Part shown: in pieces, positions 24,099 to 38,019 of the stretch
How positions within the stretch are numbered: position 1 is the stretch's first letter
How the letters are laid out: the number at the start of each line of letters is the position of its first letter
Assembly: GCA_009103225.1 (NCBI GenBank)
Contig: RHPI01003533.1
Span: 244,713-308,712, forward strand
DNA from: Chlorokybus atmophyticus
Taxonomy: Eukaryota; Plantae; Mesostigma and Chlorokybus algae
Length of the DNA stretch: 64,000 bases
Reading direction: 5' to 3'
The notes under the pieces: model-generated
The model's database searches: none
The model's input: the letters and a program-made list of their open reading frames with translations, nothing else
What the model was told of the DNA's origin: nothing
Made by a program: the position numbers and the translations under genes

Positions 24099-26288
24099 AT
24101 GGACGTGCTGAAGGGCAGGCGGCGCCCCGTGGCGACTGCGGCGGCGGCGCCTATGGCGGCGGCTGTCAACAACAACAACGGCAACAGCAATAGCCACGAG
24201 AAGGACATGACGCCTGAGGCTGTGCTGCAGCTGAATGGCCCTTGCAAAGGTTAGGGTTTGGACTTACATCAATTGTGTGATTGATCTGGAGTTGTGAGGT
24301 CAAAAGCTCGGGCATAGAACAGTAGATTAATGAGTTGATTGACGGATTGACTAAGTATTGGCTCAAAGGAATGATCCAAGCATTGATCAATAAATCACCT
24401 TCCTTGTTATTCCAATCAATCGCTCGGGCAACTGCTTGAGTGATCCATTGCTTGGTTGTTTGATTGCTCCATTCATTGCCTGGTTGCCTAAAAGCCTGAA
24501 AGAAGGAGTGACCACGGAGTCACTATGTGTTAGCCATACGCGCGCTGACATGGTACGCTGTATCTTGTACATGGAGCCTTTGATCGACTTTGACCCACCC
24601 ACCTACCTGACTCGTACACGCAGTTTCGACAAACACCGCTGTGGTGCACATTTCATCAATGTGGGGCATATTTGCTGCATATTATCATCAGCAACATCCA
24701 AACCAATTATCGACAAAAGAGTGTGCGGATGGATCAGATTGACTCACTGAACGAGCGAGTAGAAGAACTGGTAAGTGAGTGAGTATATATAATTAACATA
24801 GTTCGAGGATCGCATAGAGCTACAAATGATGTGGATAAGTACGATTGGAAGTGTTCCAATTAGACCAACCTGCATGAATCTGGCTTCCTTGTGACACACC
24901 AAGCTCTTGGACACACACGCTGCAAGTATCAGTCAACGTGTGTGAGCTCAGTTTATAATAAGTATACACGTATACATACATTCTGCAATGACTCAGCCTA
25001 TGATGTAGATCTTGGTAAGTACACATGTATAACTACAACCTTTTTGAGGTGTTATTAGTTGTGGTTCTCAGTACGCTCTCAGTACGCACCTGTGTACACA
25101 TGCACCTCTTTCCATGCGCGCAGGCTTTCTGTGCCCGCTGTCGGCCAACGTGTACGGTATAGAGTTCTTACAGTTTGAGATTCGTGACTACGACTCTGGG
25201 CGAGTCCTCTTTTCCGTCAAGCGTGAGGGCGAGGCCCCACCAATGCCCTCCGGTAAGCAAACAGCACACATGAGCCCAACAGCACATGTGTGTGTGCGCG
25301 TGCGCGCTACAAGGCTTAATCAATCAAAGTGTAGAATGTGCAAGTATTGTAACATCTCATCAAACTCCGCAGCAAGTTTAGTGACTCCTTGGTTGTGAAA
25401 TGCCAACAAAGGTCTCACAAGTCTCGTCAATGTGCAGGCCCAATTGACCCCGCGGTTGAGACGGCCATGCGCACTATCCGCTACACCTTCCCTGCAGAGT
25501 TCTTCAAGTTCAAGACCATTCGCACAGCGCTCGTTTTTGGGGTCGGCCCACGAGAGGTAAGGGGTTCTGTTGAGGTAGTTATACGCAAGCAAGTGCATGA
25601 ATGCAAGCATGTCAGGCAGGCGCGAGTGCGTGTGCCACGCACGCACATGTGTATACGTGCATGCGCGTGTGGATGCACATACAACGCACACGCTTGCACA
25701 TTTACACAAGTGCTCTTGTGTGGTGCGCATTGACTAGCAAAGCTGCACTTAACTGTCCAACCCAAACCCCAATTCCAACCTCAATGCCAGGTGCCGAACT
25801 TCCGGATGATCGAGAGGCACTACTTCAGGGGGAAGCTGCTGAGGAGTTACGACTTCAAGTTCGGGTTCTGCATCCCCAACTCAACCAACTCCTGGGAGGC
25901 TGTGTACCCCGTCCCCAAACTGTCCAAAGACGAGAGTGAGTGCACAGCATTGTTTGGTTGGTTTTTATGTCCCTTTTCAGCTCCCTATTCAGTCAAAGAC
26001 TCAGTGAACCAGTTAGCTGATCTCCAAAACTCTGAATCAGTTGTTCAATTGCTGAAGTGGTCAAGCGGTTAGCCAACAGAGAGAACAACTGAACACTGAT
26101 CCAATCCTTGAATAATAATGATGTGCACAGAAGTGTTACAACTTATGCGTTGTTGTTGTTGTGCATGTTCCTCAGTCAAGCAGATGCTGGCGGCGCCGTA
26201 CGAGACAAGCTCGGACACGTTCTACTTTGTCAACAACCAGCTGGTCATGCACAACAAGGCCGAGTACGCCTACCGCCAGACCTCGTGA
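24099..26288 (+). CDS. UNC119: UNC119 (GMP-PDE delta family lipid-binding ciliary trafficking protein), 5 exons
   Basis: Exons 24099-24249, 25124-25252, 25438-25556, 25791-25935 and 26176-26288, all GT-AG and phase-consistent. Motifs [52 protein letters not shown] and [21 protein letters not shown]. The start codon is the best guess. Confidence 0.93.
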
Positions 26289-26685
26289 TGAAGACTTGTC
26301 TGCATCAGCGCTGTAACAATAAGCTCGTGTTGCATTGGTTTCTTTTTGTTGGTGTACAAAATATGGTTGTGGCAGCACTTGGATTAGGTAGTGATTTCTT
26401 CTGTGTCAGGGACAGAGGGTGTTGGTTGGTTGTTAAAATGGCAAGTGCACACTGTATTGTATGATGTTTGCAAACCTCATCTATTCGCATGTTGTGGGAC
26501 ACATGTAAGTCTCACACACACACACGCATGAGTGCACATACCCGTGTGCGCAGGTGCAATGCACGGAATGCAATCAAGTACACGTGTATGAATGCTGTTT
26601 GGTGCATTAGGCACTGTACATGTGGGAGTAACGGTTTGACTTCGTGCGGATGCGGTGTCAATTATATTTTACCCCCTTCCCCCCC

Positions 26686-26916
26686 NNNNNNNNNNNNNNN
26701 NNNNNNNNNNNNNNNNNNNNNNNNNNNNNNNNNNNNNNNNNNNNNNNNNNNNNNNNNNNNNNNNNNNNNNNNNNNNNNNNNNNNNNNNNNNNNNNNNNNN
26801 NNNNNNNNNNNNNNNNNNNNNNNNNNNNNNNNNNNNNNNNNNNNNNNNNNNNNNNNNNNNNNNNNNNNNNNNNNNNNNNNNNNNNNNNNNNNNNNNNNNN
26901 NNNNNNNNNNNNNNNN
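26686..26916. other. Assembly gap (N run) flanked by poly-C
   Basis: Run of N in the sequence. Confidence 0.99.
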
Positions 26917-27739
26917 CCCCCCAAAGAAAAGCAAAACCTTTGCCAGCCCTCGAAAGCAGCCCAAACGCACGTTGCACTATTTTCTATACTGGATGTGCGT
27001 CTTATCATGTGCGACAAACTGGTTGTACATGACACGATGTGTCGAATTGAATAGACATAGAGCACATAAGAGCTGCGCTAGGCACGCTCAAAGGTAGAAT
27101 GCAAGATGCAAGCACACAGCCAGCATAGTACAAGCAAACAGCAGTAGCACACAGCACAAGCAATAAATTAGACCGGGGGCCAAGACATTGCTTTACAACA
27201 AGACGAAAGGCAAAGAACACTCTAGAGGTTAGCCCAGGGCTCGCCAAGATTTCAGCAAGCATGACGACGACTGCAACGCTGACGACGACAACAATCGCTT
27301 GGCCCCCCGCTTAGTCGACTGCGCCGCCAGGTGTAAAATATGGCCCACCGGTCCTACCAGCGCCTGCCCACAGCAGTCTTGCCACACGATTAACTTAAGA
27401 CGCTTCAAAACCTCAGCAGCCATTTCTTATGATAAGCGTTACCGATTATGACTGTTAGGCACATGCATATGAGACACCGTTCATGAGTTATTTTGCAGCA
27501 AATCAACACATGCACTAGCACTAGCACCCGCGCAAGTGTATTGTATGACAGTGACATACATGTGGGCATGGCATGACGCTGACATACATGTGGACAGTAT
27601 GAACGGCTCCCCACACTTGCTCACCTGTACTTACCTCACTCACCTGCTGTCGTAGTAGTATATGCCTTAGCAGTCGCAGCCTGCCACCTGGCACAGACGA
27701 GGTCGAGTGTGGGTACGTTGTATCAGACACCCTGCCCGA

Positions 27740-29050
27740 CCTGTTGTACATCCACTGCAACTTGTTGAAAGAACACTCTTAGCATATCCTTCACGTTGCA
27801 TGGCAATTGAAAGTGCTACCATATAAGACAGAAAGTGGGCTGTATACCGTATACATGACGTGCTCAAGCGTAAGAAGCAGATACATTGTAACACAACTAC
27901 CCCCAACTTAGCATGTGACGCAATGTTGGTTGCTGGGTGTGGGGCCCTTCTCCTTTGTATCTGTGACGGTGCTCGTGCCTTGTCACCTGTGAGTTGGTCC
28001 AATCCACAACCCTCTCACCAAGACACGGTATTCACACCGGAACCTTGCCCCCTCTGCCAAGCACACACGCGCGCCCCGCCACTCGCGTACGCACGCGCAT
28101 GCGCTCGAAGCTACACACCGACTTGTGTAGCGCCTTGGATCGTCACACAAGCAAGCACACACCAGTGGCCACACGCTAGCAACCCCTGCTAACCACCACC
28201 AAGCTTGCACACCAGAAACTAGGGAGCTAAAGGTTGTATTGCAAATTGTAGAATGTCACTTTGATACCAGTCTGCACATGCTACTGTCTAGACGATTCTA
28301 GCGCTAGACGGAACTAGAAGCTAAGATATTCTTGCAGAATCTTGTAGTACACTTCTAGACCTTTCCAACGCACCAAAGATCTCCTAATTTGCTGCTCATA
28401 TGGTCAAGTTATACTACTTGGCGCCAGGCCCTTCCAGAAATCTGGTCGAGCCCTTCTCGACTGGCCCTCCGTTTTCTGGCACCTTCCGGACTGGTCTTGG
28501 GGCCCCGGTCGATATCCGCGGCAGACTCATAACTCGCCGATATCCGCCACAAGTCATTAAAAACATGTACCTTACAAATAAGGCCTAAAACGGCCATGAA
28601 AATCACAGAATTTGGCCTTGACTGTTACAGTATCCCCGCAAACTATAGCTTGTTCAATTTGCAATAAATCTGTCAGCACAATCCCTCATCATGTGTTTGT
28701 AACAATGTCATATTTAAGAATGCAATAGAAGTGCCACTAGCAGACGAAATGAGAGTGAGTGTCTGCTGCGGATAGATGCCCCCTCCCAAAGCAGTCTCCC
28801 CCGCATACGTCACAACTTTAACCTCTGGCAAGTCTAGTATTAAAACATCATCCACATAACTCCGGACGGACATACACCATTTGTGCAAGGGGTCTAAGTG
28901 CCCTTGAGCCCTGAGCGTGCGGATCAATGTCAATTCCTTTTTGCTCAAGTAGAGATTGGCCAAGTCGACAATGTTTATTAGACACCCGCATTGTTGCCCA
29001 TTGGTATTTCAATGGCTTGTTTATGCAACCGGTCTCCTGCAGTGCTGACA
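27740..29050 (-). mobile_element. Decayed Penelope-like element RT (Chlamys-like), split by the solo LTR
   Basis: Motifs in the correct order on the minus strand: KQAIEIPMGNNAGV, LANLYL, RSYVDDVL, GGIYP, IAFLNMTL, IYCKL. After the solo LTR is removed: HPATNIASHAKLGVVVLQCICFLRLS and REGY (thumb region). Contains stops and frameshifts. Confidence 0.75.
27962..28629 (-). mobile_element. Solo LTR of the element 1 family
   Basis: Reverse complement of the 2250/7638 LTR, full length, flanked by 5-bp TSD GTATC (27957-27961 and 28630-28634). Confidence 0.96.
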
Positions 29051-29434
29051 TACAGGCTACACAATAAGTACTCCAGCAGAGCAGTCAGAGCATCTGCAAT
29101 GTAAACTTTACAGTAGCTGTATCTCGCTGTGTTGCTCCATGTCACCCACTAATGCTGCAAGACCCTTGCATCCAAATGAGTTTTAGCACAGTAGCACCCT
29201 TGTTCTGTTTTTCAGCAAAAGTAAACAGCTCCTGCACCAGCTATAACAAATACATCAACAAATGTGCATAACTGATGTTTGTGTACAGCTGTGCAAAATC
29301 ATACGCTGCCAAGGACAATGGTACCAGCTTATCTGCTGCTGTGCGGCTGGTGTTCTAGTGTTGTAGCAGCGGTTGAACTCCTAATGACTTTTGTAATACT
29401 AAACCGGTTCGCGCCCGCCCATCTGCTTGTTGCC

Positions 29435-29668
<234 letters not shown>

Positions 29669-30151
29669 GCTGGCTTGTGCGTGTNGCGTGAGGTTGCCGT
29701 TGCTTGCGCGTGAGCACACTTGCATTGGTACCACTAGAAAGCCTATGTATAATATAGAGTGAAGGTTACATGGCCAGAGCCACAACAGTCCTGATTAAAA
29801 TTACTATAACATACGTGTTTACAAGACATTATTAATACACAACAATGCAAATAATCAGATATTAAACGTACGTACTTTTAAGCTTCTCCTCTTGTACCGA
29901 TGGCATAACGTTTTTGAATACAAGTCGTTAACTTTCACACCTGCCATGCACATATTATTAAATTTGACAGGTTATTCATACTTATTACGCGAGCGCTAAT
30001 TAACTTGCACGCATCAACCAGATCAGGTAAGTTGATGTCACGGATGAGTTATGTCTTAATATATGCATGCTTTGCGTCTGTATCATCAAAAGCCTATATG
30101 TGAAACTTAAAGCTAAATAAAAGTGATGGGTTACCACTTTCCCCCCCGCCC

Positions 30152-30248
30152 NNNNNNNNNNNNNNNNNNNNNNNNNNNNNNNNNNNNNNNNNNNNNNNNN
30201 NNNNNNNNNNNNNNNNNNNNNNNNNNNNNNNNNNNNNNNNNNNNNNNN
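30152..30248. other. Assembly gap (N run) flanked by C-rich tracts
   Basis: Run of N in the sequence. Confidence 0.99.
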
Positions 30249-30574
30249 CCCCCCCCCTCCCCCCCCGCCCGGGGGGATTTTATGATGTTTCTCTACCGCT
30301 TACATTGCCCACTGTTCACAATAAAGCATTATACTACCTGTGTAGAAGGCAATGACCTTTGATTAATCCAGGTTGATAAACCACGGGTTTGTGTTGACAT
30401 GCCCGAACCGGTTTAGCTGCCATCCGCTTCCACATCAGCAGCTGACGCAAGCAAGCGAGCAACAGACCACAGTGTAGCCCAGGCCTCCGCCAGGCCAGGC
30501 CAGGCCTGGGCGGGGCGGACCACGCCAGGCCAGGCCAGATTTCTGAGAGGAGGTGTGCTTCTCACGGAGGAGCT

Positions 30575-33500
30575 ATGGCAAAGCGCATGGTGCTTGGTGG
30601 ATGGCGCATTGGCGAAAGACAACTGACCGCAACGCAGGCATTATGGCCTGGGCAGCTTCCTACTGCTGGAGCACTCCACGCGTGAGGCAGTGTGTTTGAA
30701 ATGCTCAACCTACTCAATTATTCCTTGAACTTGACTGAGCTGATGTTGCAATGCTCTTGCTGTGCGGTCGTCTCAATGACAGCAGCTGGTTGCAAGGTGG
30801 CATGACAGCTGATTGTTGGTTGCTGACCCCCAGGCTTCACACGCAAAGCGCAGCAGCGCCAGTCATCCGAAGCACAGTTGTGGTCGGCGACGATGACTAT
30901 CAGAAGAACTGGTGAGCAAGCCTTTCGTCTCTTTGTGCTCGTAAATATTAGCACTTGCTCGCATGAACTAGCAGCCTTAGCACTGGCAGCTTGCAACTCT
31001 GATGGCTTCAGCTGTGTGTATGTGCGCGCGCGTGCACATACACACGCGCGCACACGGACGTGCGTACGCGTGCACGCACACATGGGTCCTTATAGTATTA
31101 CCAGTGTGAAGTTTCAGTCGAGGCCAGCAGCCATGCAGTTGTAACTTGCGTTGTGTTGTGTTGTGATGCTCTATGTCGGCATGCAGGTCAGCTATGGGGG
31201 CATTGGTGGCGCAGCTGAGGTCGGCGGTGTCGATTGTGCTGTTGGGCGGCGGGAGCACCGCGGTAGAGCGCCATAGAGCGCGCAATAAGATGCTGCCGAG
31301 GGAAAGGATAGACAGGTAAGCGCGCACGTATGCGCACGTTGTGGTGTGAGTACATGCCTGGTTGCAAGTGCGTAGACGCGCACAAGCGAATGTGCACATG
31401 TCTGTGTGCCTGCGGGCTAGCGTGTAAGTGTATGCGTATGCATGTGTGGGCGCACACATGCATATGCATACACGTATGTGCACGCACACAAATGCGCGCA
31501 TGCACTCACACACAGGCGCGCGCATATTGGTGCACGCGCGTGTGCGCGCATATATATGCGTGCGGGTGCATGTGCTTGTGCGTGTCCATGCACGCCTGTG
31601 TGGGTGCGTGCATGTGCACATGCATGTGTATGTGTGTGCGTGTTGTGTATGCGCGCACATATGTGTTTGTGCAAGCAAGCGCAAGTATCTGCATGTGCGC
31701 ATGCGTATATGTACACAGCTTTCGCAGTTTCAACTCTTATACATATCCGGAATGCAGACTACTTGATCCTGGATCGCCATTCTTGGAGTTGTCACAGGTG
31801 AGAGAAAGGCTCTGCTGGTTGCCTTATCCTACCCATGCTGATAAAGACAAGTTGACGTCACGGGCAACGCGTCTCATTCTGTTGTGTTTGTGTGTTGCTA
31901 GCTTGCTGGCCACAACCTGTACGGGAAGGAGGTGGTCCCCTCCGGCGGCATAATCACGGGCATTGGAAGGGTGCACGGGCGCCTCTGCATGCTGGTTGCC
32001 AACGACGCCACCGTCAAGGGGGGAACATACTACCCTATCACCGTGAGTGTACTCGTGTTGCTGCCAATTGTGGTAAAGAGATGAGCCAATACATGTGTAC
32101 ATGCATGGGTGTCCACGAAGACATACGTGTTTGCGCACACGCATGCACGCACGCACGTGCAGGCGTTTATACCCATGTGTACATGTGTGGTAGCTGCATG
32201 TAGGTGTAAACAGCCATGTGGACTTGCATGTACCTGCGCATGATGCTCTACACACATACACTCGGACAGGTGTGCATGTTCTCTTTAGTTAAAACGCTCA
32301 TATCGAATGCACAGGTAAAGAAGCACTTGAGGGCTCAGGAGATCGCCGACCAGTGCTCTCTCCCTTGCGCTTATCTGGTCGACAGCGGCGGCGCGAACCT
32401 CCCTCGCCAGGCCGACGTGTTCCCCGACCGCGACCACTTTGGCCGCATCTTCTTCAACCAGGCGCGCATGTCCGCGAGGGGGATACCGCAGGTCGCCCTC
32501 GTGCTCGGCTCGTGCACGGCCGGGGGAGCGTACGTACCCGCCATGGCGGATGAGAGCGTCATAGTCAAAGGGAATGGCACCATCTTCCTTGGAGGGCCGC
32601 CACTCGTGAAGGTAGCGTGCACGTGAAGGTAGCATGTGTCACACGAGCGTGTGCGCGCCTCTTTGTGTCAGCAAATTCTGTGTAAACAACAGATTCACAA
32701 GATGCATGTGCTTGTGCACGCGTCTGTAGGTGGGTGGGTGGGCGTACAACTAACATGACACACGTACAGGACACATATGACGCACTTGACACATATGACA
32801 CACATGTGCTTGCGCGCGTGCGCGCACACGCGCAAGCATATCTGTGTTGAGTTAGTTGCTATGTCAACATGATCTTCTCAAGCGTTGTGCACGGTTGTTT
32901 GAGGTTGTCATGTGTGTAGGCCGCAACAGGAGAAGAAGTCAGTGCGGAGGACTTGGGTGGCGCGGACTTGCATTGCAAAACCTCCGGCGTGACGGACCAT
33001 TACGCTGTCGGTGAGATTGTCTTCAACACGCATGTGGCACATGCGTATTACGCACGCTGCAAAAGGGTGTTGACACTCTGTGGTTGTCAACAGACGAGAA
33101 GCACGCGCTTGCAATCGGGCGAAGCATACTCTTGAACATAAGTGCACCTGCACACAACAGCAGCGCATCAGACAGGTTGGTACACTTTGGGCAGTTTATC
33201 TCAAGTTCTATTTGCTTCGATTGTTTATCTGTGTCCGTGCAGGGAAGTCAAGACTCCACTGTACGACCCGAAAGAGTTGTGGGGAGTTGTTCCCGCGGAT
33301 GCACGACGCACGTATGATGTGAGGGACGTCATTGCGCGCATTGTTGATGGCAGCGAGTTTCATGAGTTTAAAAAACTGTACGGCACGGTAAGCAAGCAGG
33401 GTTGTAGCTCAACATACTTGCGGACGCAATGTTACTTATAGACGCTCATCACTTGTTTAGACATTGGTGACGGGGTTTGCGCGCTTGCACAGCACAACTG

Positions 33501-34478
33501 TTGGGATTGTGGCCAACAACGGCGTGTTGTTCAGCGAGGCTGCACTCAAGGGTGCCCATTTTGTGCAGCTTTGCGACCAACGCGGCATTCCTATTGTATT
33601 TTTGCAGAACATTACTGGATTCATGGTGAGCATGTATAAAGCTAAAGAACACATGCATTGGGAGCGGTTGTGTGGTCTACTCATGAGATGCTCTTTCATG
33701 TTGTGTATGTAGGTTGGGCGCAAGTATGAAGCGGGTGGCATAGCTAAGGATGGTGCGAAGATGGTCATGGCCGTGGCATGTGCAAAGGTACGTATGATGT
33801 TTGATGCAAGCCAGTTGCGTGCGCACAAACCTGCACTGATTATGTTGTGTTGTTCGCAGGTGCCGAAGGTCACAGTCGTCATTGGCGGTAGTTTTGGTGC
33901 AGGCAACTATGGCATGTGCGGGCGAGCCTATTCACCAAACTTCCTGTTCATGTGGCCCAATGCGCGCATCTCCGTTATGGGAGGCGACCAGGTGAACATT
34001 GTGTGTTACCCTGCTCGCGCGTGTATGTGTGCGCGCACACACACGGAAACATATGCACGCGTGCTTGTGCTTGTGCTCATGCATGCGTGTGTGTGTCCTT
34101 CCACGTGTCAGACCAATACGCCACACTCTCAATCCAGGGCCTTGAGCTCGATCCATCACAAGTACACAGTCACAACATTCTCATGCTGACGTCATGCACA
34201 TGCGCTTGTGACAGGCTGCAGGCGTGTTGGCGACAGTGGAGAGGGAGAAGAGGGAGCGGGAGGGGTCCCATTGGTCAGAGACTGAAGAGAAGGAGTTCAG
34301 AGAAAGGATAAGGCAGCGCTACGAGGATGAAGGCAGCCCTTATTATGCATCTGCGCGGCTGTGGGATGACGGCATCATCGACCCCGCTGACACGCGCACC
34401 GTGCTAGCACTTGCCGTTGAGGCCGCACTGCAAGGGTACAGAAGAGACCGGACTGGGTATGGTGTGTTTCGCATGTAA
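30575..34478 (+). CDS. MCCC2: 3-methylcrotonyl-CoA carboxylase beta (carboxyltransferase) subunit, 13 exons, N-terminal presequence
   Basis: Exons 30575-30681, 30834-30911, 31187-31315, 31758-31797, 31901-32042, 32315-32611, 32920-33010, 33094-33175, 33243-33387, 33461-33625, 33713-33787, 33860-33991 and 34215-34478. Motifs [75 protein letters not shown] and [15 protein letters not shown], ending YGVFRM*. Confidence 0.96.
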
Positions 34479-35220
34479 AATGATGATGGCACTGTTGCAC
34501 CTTTAACTAGTATAGTGTTGTCTTCTGCCGGCATGATGCACTTCTTGATCAAGCTCCACCTCATGGCAATAGTGTGCAGGTTGAGCCCACTTGCCGCAGA
34601 TTGTTAGAGATGAGTCTGTGTTGAGGTTGGGCCTTTGTCATGTGTCAATGTTGCACGTACCATAGAAGCGGTTGTGTGCATGCGTGTGCTTGTTAGGGCT
34701 TGTACTCAGGTTTTGGGCAAATGCTGTGCTACCGTTGACGTTCATGCAAACCTGTTCAACCAGTTGCATCTGAAAGGAATGGTCAGGATGTGATGAAGAC
34801 CCCTCGCGACCAGTTGCAGGTATGCAACTCGAGATCCACCGCGTAACAACACTTGACATCTGAAGTAGAGTACCACAGTGTGCCATTGTTGCGTTGTTGC
34901 TGACAGACCACTAAGTGCTGCACTCGTTGAAGCTCGACAAGCAGCGCCCATAATCATGCCAACAATTCAATAGTTTGACACTTCAAAAATGCAAAAACGT
35001 CCGGCATGCAGCATGTGTGTTGTGGTTTACTCAACCTCCTGCTGCACCCAAGCTGTACCATGTCGCCTGTCACATACATACCCCTGTCGCATTTCCTCTG
35101 GCTATTAAGAAGAAAAGCTTGGTTGCTGGGGAAACTACATTAGATCATGCCCATACCACTCAACGTCGGCGCACTTTTGAGCAAAAGCTTCCACTCATCC
35201 ATGCTTACCACAGATGACCA

Positions 35221-37127
35221 TCACTTTCTTGACTTGGTCTTTTTGGCTGGTGTGCTACCAACTGGGGAGCCTGCAGCAACCTGCTTCGTTGCCACACCAA
35301 CCTTGTGAACAAAAGACATATTGTTAGTACAAACATGCACATTAAAATATATGCAATATAGCACGAGCAGCTTACCGCACGAGGAGCTTGTCCTTCAAAC
35401 AGCACATCAAAATGGACGTCTCCAAAACCGCCACACTCCTGATAATTGCACAATACCATGAGTGTGGGTTGCTACACAGTATGGTCTACTCCAAGCACGA
35501 GTCCATGCGTGCCAGGTTGCCACAAACATGTTTCAGGCAAGAGCTTGTGACTGCTAGTCATCATCCCAATCGCCAGTCAAGACTTGCCTTTACCACCGTC
35601 GCAATGTCTGCTTTCTTGCCAAAGAGACCCTGCAAGGCTGCCGCCAACCCACCATTTGCGGCTGTTTCCTCCAAGAAGATGAATGGCTGCACGCAGTGGC
35701 TATGAGGCTACACGCAATGACTATGGACACCTAATTACCATCAACAACCTGAGATGCGTAAATGCAGACACAACGCACCTTCATACAAAACCCAGCAACA
35801 CATGGAATGTGTGCAAACAGTCGTGTAATGCGTGTAACATTAACACCAGCGTTGATATATTACTAATGTACTGCACCGTGACCACTTAGCAACGTGTTAC
35901 CACCCAATGGGTTTACGCATGGCATGTGTGTACTCCTGAGACTAGTTCCAAAACCAGCTCACCTTGCCTGGGCGCAGAACACGTGCGGCTTCAGCAATGC
36001 AAGCAGCCGGATCCGCCACTCCACTCAGCGCATTCACACTGACCTAACGCATATGCCCATGCATGAGGCCTCACCTACAAGCAAACATGACGTGTAAATC
36101 ATTGTTACGTCATGCAGACACTCACCACTGCATCGACGCTACTTGTTGCAATGTCCAGCGGCGCGAGTGGCTGTTGCCTCACGTCCAATGGCATCCCAAT
36201 TGTTGCAGCTGTTGGACAGAATGAACACCTGAGCACAGTGTCATTCAACTTTAAGCAACACATGATCAAGCATGACCGATGCTTTCACCTGTTTGCTGCA
36301 AAAGTCCAGCCTTGGCGGACGGGCTGACACCAATGACCATCCGCGTGCTTTTTGGATAATAATATAGGTTCCTACCGCCCTTCATGCCGAGCTCCACGAC
36401 CGTGGCCTCCTTCGGCACATGTCTCCCCAGCATCGCAGCTGTGACGTACTGTAAAAAGCGACAAGGAATGCATGAAACCAATGCCTTAATGGTAAACCCA
36501 GTCTTTGCAACAAAAACTAACGCAGTATGCCAATGGTTGCGCTTGTCTATTTTGTCTAAAACACACTCTGCACTCTGCATGCGACGTGATATTGCTAATG
36601 CATGCACGACAGCTTGGAACAATGGTTGTGAGTCACAATTTTCCCAAACTACGCTGATTGCTTGTGAGTTGCAAACAGACTTGTCCATCAGTGTGGGTTT
36701 TACAAGGCTGTCATGGCTGGAGGCAGCTGAGCTGACAATATAAACACAGCCGAGTGCAGTTGTGGCACAAAGGAAGTATGGGCACGCTGCACCGCAACTT
36801 GGTTGGATCGTAGTAGCATAGCCAAAAACATGCATGTACATGACACTGGCGGCGACTTACCTGCATGCGTAAATAAACATACGCTCTAAACCCCAGAGTA
36901 ACGACAACTGCGCCGGCTGCAGCAATCTCAGCGGCGGAAGTGATGGCAGGAACTGGGACGCCACCCAGGGCTGCGCTTGTGGCCGGATGACTTTTGTGCT
37001 TGCGCTGTGGTCTGGGCGCTGACCTCCACGCAGGCCTGACGGTGGCCGCACGGCCTGGCGCAACTGCTGGTCGCCGCCGCCGCATAGACAGCGCAGGACA
37101 GGGCAGGAGTAGCGCAAACGACGCCAT
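35221..37127 (-). CDS. SAM-dependent methyltransferase (type 11-like) with putative plastid transit peptide, 7 exons
   Basis: Exons 37127-36861, 36448-36289, 36208-36126, 36043-35963, 35686-35588 (or 35594), 35438-35376 and 35280-35221, phase-consistent. Motifs VVELGMKGGRNLYYYP (motif I), SSVDAVVSVNALS and EAARVLRPGKPFIFLE. Ala/Arg/Ser-rich N-terminus. Confidence 0.85.
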
Positions 37128-37379
37128 GGCCGTACCTCTCAGCACAGCAATATGCGGCGGCGCCGAACACTCTCTCCTCCTGCTATCCCCAGCCACCTCC
37201 CCAGCCACCCTCCGCCGCCGCCGTTGCTGCGGCACCCAAGCTGACTGAGAAAAACAAGTTTGTGAGCAAGAATTTGAGGCCCAGCTGAGGTCAGAACTGA
37301 GCGCCACTGAGCGCCAGCTCAAGGTTAAGCACACCTTCAAGCTTAAGCTCCAGGCATCTTCAAGCACAAGCGCAAGCTT

Positions 37380-37449
37380 AAGCGGAAGCGGAAGCGGAAG
37401 CGGAAGCGGAAGCGGAAGCGGAAGCGGAAGCGGAAGCGGAAGCGGAAGC
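37380..37449. repeat. (AGCGGA)n hexanucleotide repeat, about 11 units
   Basis: Tandem run upstream of the methyltransferase, embedded in degenerate AAGCTY units. Confidence 0.95.
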
Positions 37450-38019
37450 TCCAGTTTCTACAGGCAAGCTCAAGCAGCTACTTGAGCCTGAGATTGAGCT
37501 GCAGCTTGAAGTTGTGCATTATGCGTTACCAACCAAAGCGAAGCGTAAGGCTGCGCTTTGGTTGGTAATTGTACCTGGAGTTCATGCTGTCAATCTTAAA
37601 ATCGAGCACTCAAGCTGATAGTTGTGCTTTCAATTCTGAGCTCTAGCTCAGATCAAGCTTGCATTGTGAGCTTGGGTTTGAGTTTGAATCTACAGTGCTT
37701 TTGCTATTTGCTCGCGAAGCAGCCTACAGTAAGCAAGATCATGCGGTTGACTGCTTCATTCGTTGGTAAGAAGCAATAACGCCTTAACAATGCAAGTCGA
37801 AGCTGCTACCATTTGTCCCATGCGTTACGCCACAGCATTGGTCTGAAGCATAACAACAGCAGGTAACACACAGACTATTGGACGGGGACAGTGCGGACAC
37901 AAACAATCAATTGGTAGCTGAAGTGGGCTCACGGTCATATGTCAGTCGTTGCTGTTCAAACATTGTCACGAGTAACTAGCAGTATGCAAGCGACTTGTGC
38001 GACAATGTTGCTGATTATT

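Noticed and set aside
26468-27097. ORFs spanning N runs (also at 30123-30362 and 40055-40448)
   Set aside because: They are open only because of assembly gaps.
30977-32260. Many Cys/His/Ala-rich ORFs on both strands
   Set aside because: They come from (GC/AT)-alternating low-complexity intron sequence inside MCCC2. The same applies to similar ORFs at 786-1289 and 63100-64000.
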